Positions 60,861-64,000 of a stretch of DNA of 64,000 bases are shown here, one piece after another. Position 1 is the first letter of the stretch. The number at the start of each line of letters is the position of its first letter. Below the pieces are notes generated by a model that saw only the letters and a program-made list of their open reading frames with translations, made no database searches and was not told the origin of the DNA. A program made the position numbers and the translations under genes. This stretch comes from Squalus acanthias (taxonomy: Eukaryota): NCBI GenBank assembly GCA_030390025.1, contig CM059432.1, positions 142,726,001 to 142,790,000 on the forward strand, given 5' to 3'.

Positions 60861-61847
60861 TTGTGAGTCAGAACCTTGTGGTCCTCTCTCACATTGAGTT
60901 GTATGGAGTTCTGTGGGTATTGCTGATTTAATCTATGTCAACATAAGGTAACATCTGTGTGATGGAATCTAGTTTGTTTCAATTATATGAAAAGCAGATT
61001 GTGTTTTTGACTTAAGTTTAAATGTGATAGTTTCCTTGATGTAAATAGCAGGATTGCTTCTTTGCTTGCACAGATTGGTTTGCTCCATTGTTTAGAATTG
61101 TATGTTTGATGCAGGCATATGAAGTGTTCATATCTTTCTGGATGGTGTTCATTTTGACATCTGCTTCCTATTGATGGGATATCTTACTGTTTTAAAAAGT
61201 TTCCTGTCTGTATGCATGATTTCTGATTGGGAAAACCCTGAAGCAATGCTGATTGGTTTGTCTCGTCCTGTGATGATACTAGTCGTGTGGTTAGCAGCAA
61301 TCAATCCGAATGTAACCCTGAAATTTCCCAGTCAACCTCATCTTCTGTTTCTACATTCATCTAAGAGTGACATTTAAAAAAAAAGGACTATAAAACAACA
61401 CACCAGCTCTTTTTGCACTTGTTGTGACCCTGCTGCCTGAGCCCACCCTCGCTTGCCGACCCTAGCTCCCACCCACCCCTTGCATTGGGCCCAGTTTGCT
61501 CTGCTTCCATCCTGCCCCTTTCGTGTGCATCCCTCCGTAACTGGCCACTTGACTTCCACTGCTGTCCTTGCTTCTGCCTCTGGATAACGTAGCAGAAAAT
61601 CAGTGTGTGTGTGTGTGGGAAGTACCGTTGAGTTTGTTTGGGAACCTTTCTGTCAAGGCGTTTGGATTTTAACCCTGAAGGGTTAATGCCAGGGAATTGA
61701 AGCACCATGTGAATTCTTTTGATAGCAATTTTATCTGAACGAGAGTTTTCACAAAGGCTGAGGATGAACAAAGATTCAAGCACGAGAGTGCAACAAGAGG
61801 CTGAACTTGCCACGCCATAGCAAGAACTTGAAATTCTTAGATAATGA

Positions 61848-62425
61848 GCAACAACTTGCATTTATATAGTGCCTTTAACATAGTAAAACATCCCAAGCAC
61901 TTCACAGAAGCAAAATCAAATAAAACTTGACACCGAGCCAAAGGAGGGGAGATACTAGGAGATGTGACTAAAAGCTTGGTCAAAGAGCTAGGTTTTAAGG
62001 AACATTTTTAAAGGAAGGAGAGGGGCGGAGAGGTTTAGGGAGGGAATTCCAGAGCTTGGAGCCTAGATGGCTAAAGGTACGGCCGCCAATAGTAGGGCGA
62101 AGGCAGTGGGGGGGATGCACAAGAGGCCAGAATTGGATGAAGGTAGAGTTCTCAAAAGGGTTGTCGGGCTGGAGGTGCGAGGCCATGGAGGGATTTGAAC
62201 ACGAGGATGAGAATTTTAAAAGCAAGGCATTGTTGGACCAGGAGCCAGTGTAAGTCAGCGCACACAGGGGTGATGGGTGAACGGGACTTGGTGCGAGTTA
62301 GGACACGAGCAGCAGAGTTTTGGATGAGCGCAAGTTTGAGAGGTGGAGGATGGGAGGCCAGCCAGGAAAGCATTGGAATAGTCAAATCCAGAGGTAACAA
62401 AAGCATGGATGAGGGTTTCAGCAGA
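61848..62425 (-). mobile_element. L2 LINE 3' part
   Basis: [28 protein letters not shown]; tail aaatgcaagttgttg on minus. Confidence 0.85.
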
Positions 62426-63219
62426 AAATGGGTTGAGAAGCAAGAAGCCAGTTTCATGACCAGTAATGAACCCATTTCTTACTGTGCCTATTATATATTG
62501 TCTTTCTAGAATATCACATTTATTGTGCTTCATATTAGTTTTGCAAATAAAGATATTACTTGGTAAACCTTTGGTCTGTATGGTGATGATAGACATTTTT
62601 AAGAGACTTTGATCTTGTGGGGTGAGTTTGTTAAATTGGGTAAATAGTAAGCATTGGGTAATCGTAAAGCTCTGAAGTAAGCATGCTGTAGAATGTAGAA
62701 TAGATGCAGCTTCAGGATTGTAGGGCAGCAGATCACTACAGGAGCTGCTGCTAGACCATGCAATGGTAACCATTGGAGTCAATCACCGTTTAAGGTTCTT
62801 AGCCTGTGGAAGGGATGCAACACTCTTGCTGTTGATAAAGGGGAGTTCAGCTGAATGCTACTGATCTCAGCATTTTGGTTGTTGTGATGTGATGCAATAA
62901 CATCATCTGCATATTTTTGTGATGAAGCATTATTTTGTGATACTTCAAGTAATTGCTGCTTTTTAAAAATGTAATGCAGTTCGTAGCAATTGTGTAAATA
63001 GCAGAGAAGAGCTGACAGTTGCTGTTTAGTTGCTGTCTCCGTCTCGCCATTGTGGAATCAACAGGAATTCTCTGCTGATTTTCACCTCCTGTTCTGCCAA
63101 AATGATTAATTATTAAGGGAGACCGACATCTGTAAATTTTGTGGTCGTTGAATTAAACATTTGAGTTGGAAATAAAAAGACCTATCTGAGGTTTGGCCCT
63201 TGATGTGCAGCTGAAATAT

Positions 63220-63398
63220 AAATCATAGAACAAAACAGCGCAGATGGAGGCCATTCGGTCCATCGTGCCTGTACCGGCTCTTTGAAAGAGCTATCCAATT
63301 AGGTCCCCCCCTCTCCCCTGCTCGTTCCCCATAGCCCTGCTATTCCCCCCCCCCCTTGGACATTTCTCCAATTCCCTTTTGAAAGTTACTATTGAATA
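63220..63398 (-). mobile_element. CR1 3' end
   Basis: atcatagaa...ggaggccattcgg...ctctttgaaagagctatccaat...ttttgaaagttactattgaat is the reverse of the 57920-58315 type tail. Confidence 0.75.
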
Positions 63399-64000
63399 GA
63401 TAGAATAAACAAATGGTCTGGAAGGAGACTAAGCACACTGACCGGTTTCCTATGAAGTACACTTAGTCCATGAGGATGCCAGTCTTGGGGACCTGTGGGT
63501 TGAGCCCTGTTTATGCACTCTCGCAGCTCATTTTTGCTTTTAAGATTGTAAAAGTGAATTGTTGTCGTTCGGACTTCACAGAAGAACACCTAATATTGAA
63601 AGTGAAGTGTTGTTTGACTTATTTTGAGATGACTGTGAAAATGGCCAAATACAAATGATCGTCCGCATAAAGGTAGATCAATGGATAAATATTCAGCTCG
63701 ATCACTTCCATGTTTGTAGTTTTAAAAAAATTACAAAGTTCGTGCATGCTTCAGCACTTCACTGTCTTCAGCTGAAGAACAGTTGGCCCCCTTAGAAATA
63801 TTTTAAATTCATTCATAAAACTACACACAACTGACTTACAGATAGTTGTTTTGTCGCTTAAATTGCAAAAATGCAAAAAGTAGTGCTTTTAATTTCATTG
63901 TTTTAACAATCTTTTGTGTAAAATGTGAAGGGGTTGAGAGCTTACTGCAGCTGCAGGCACAATTTACTCTGCACGGAAAAACGGTCAGCTTGCATACTGT

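Noticed and set aside
53515..64000. EIF3E exon 8 (YLNAIQTMCPHILRYL...)
   Set aside because: Not found by eye; presumably beyond the window, though a miss cannot be fully excluded.

Overview
Eukaryotic, repeat-dense vertebrate genomic DNA. The repeat landscape (DeuSINE/SacSINE1-like SINEs, CR1, L2, RTE, Penelope) suggests a shark or other cartilaginous fish; this is inference. The only host gene is EIF3E (Int-6) on the + strand: a CpG-island promoter near 18.1 kb and coding exons 1-7 (18166-53514, 725 nt, all GT-AG). Exon 8 onward was not found in the window. Almost everything else is transposable-element debris or tandem repeat. Main observations: (1) a Tigger/pogo-type TIR element in intron 3 carries a captured fragment of the host chromatin-remodeller gene BAZ1A/ACF1 (PHD finger), i.e. 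a Pack-TIR-like gene capture; (2) two tandem Tx1-clade LINE 3' ends sit at one 12-bp site inside a hammerhead-ribozyme-bearing Penelope repeat, with identical 5' breakpoints but almost purely synonymous differences; (3) a young, internally deleted Gypsy element has tRNA-Trp PBS and 4-bp TSD (CsRn1/Kabuki-like); (4) two minimal hammerhead ribozymes lie upstream of the promoter; (5) there is a CR1-derived 35-bp minisatellite and a 3-kb G-rich 28-bp minisatellite. All family assignments come from motif recognition by eye, not database searches.
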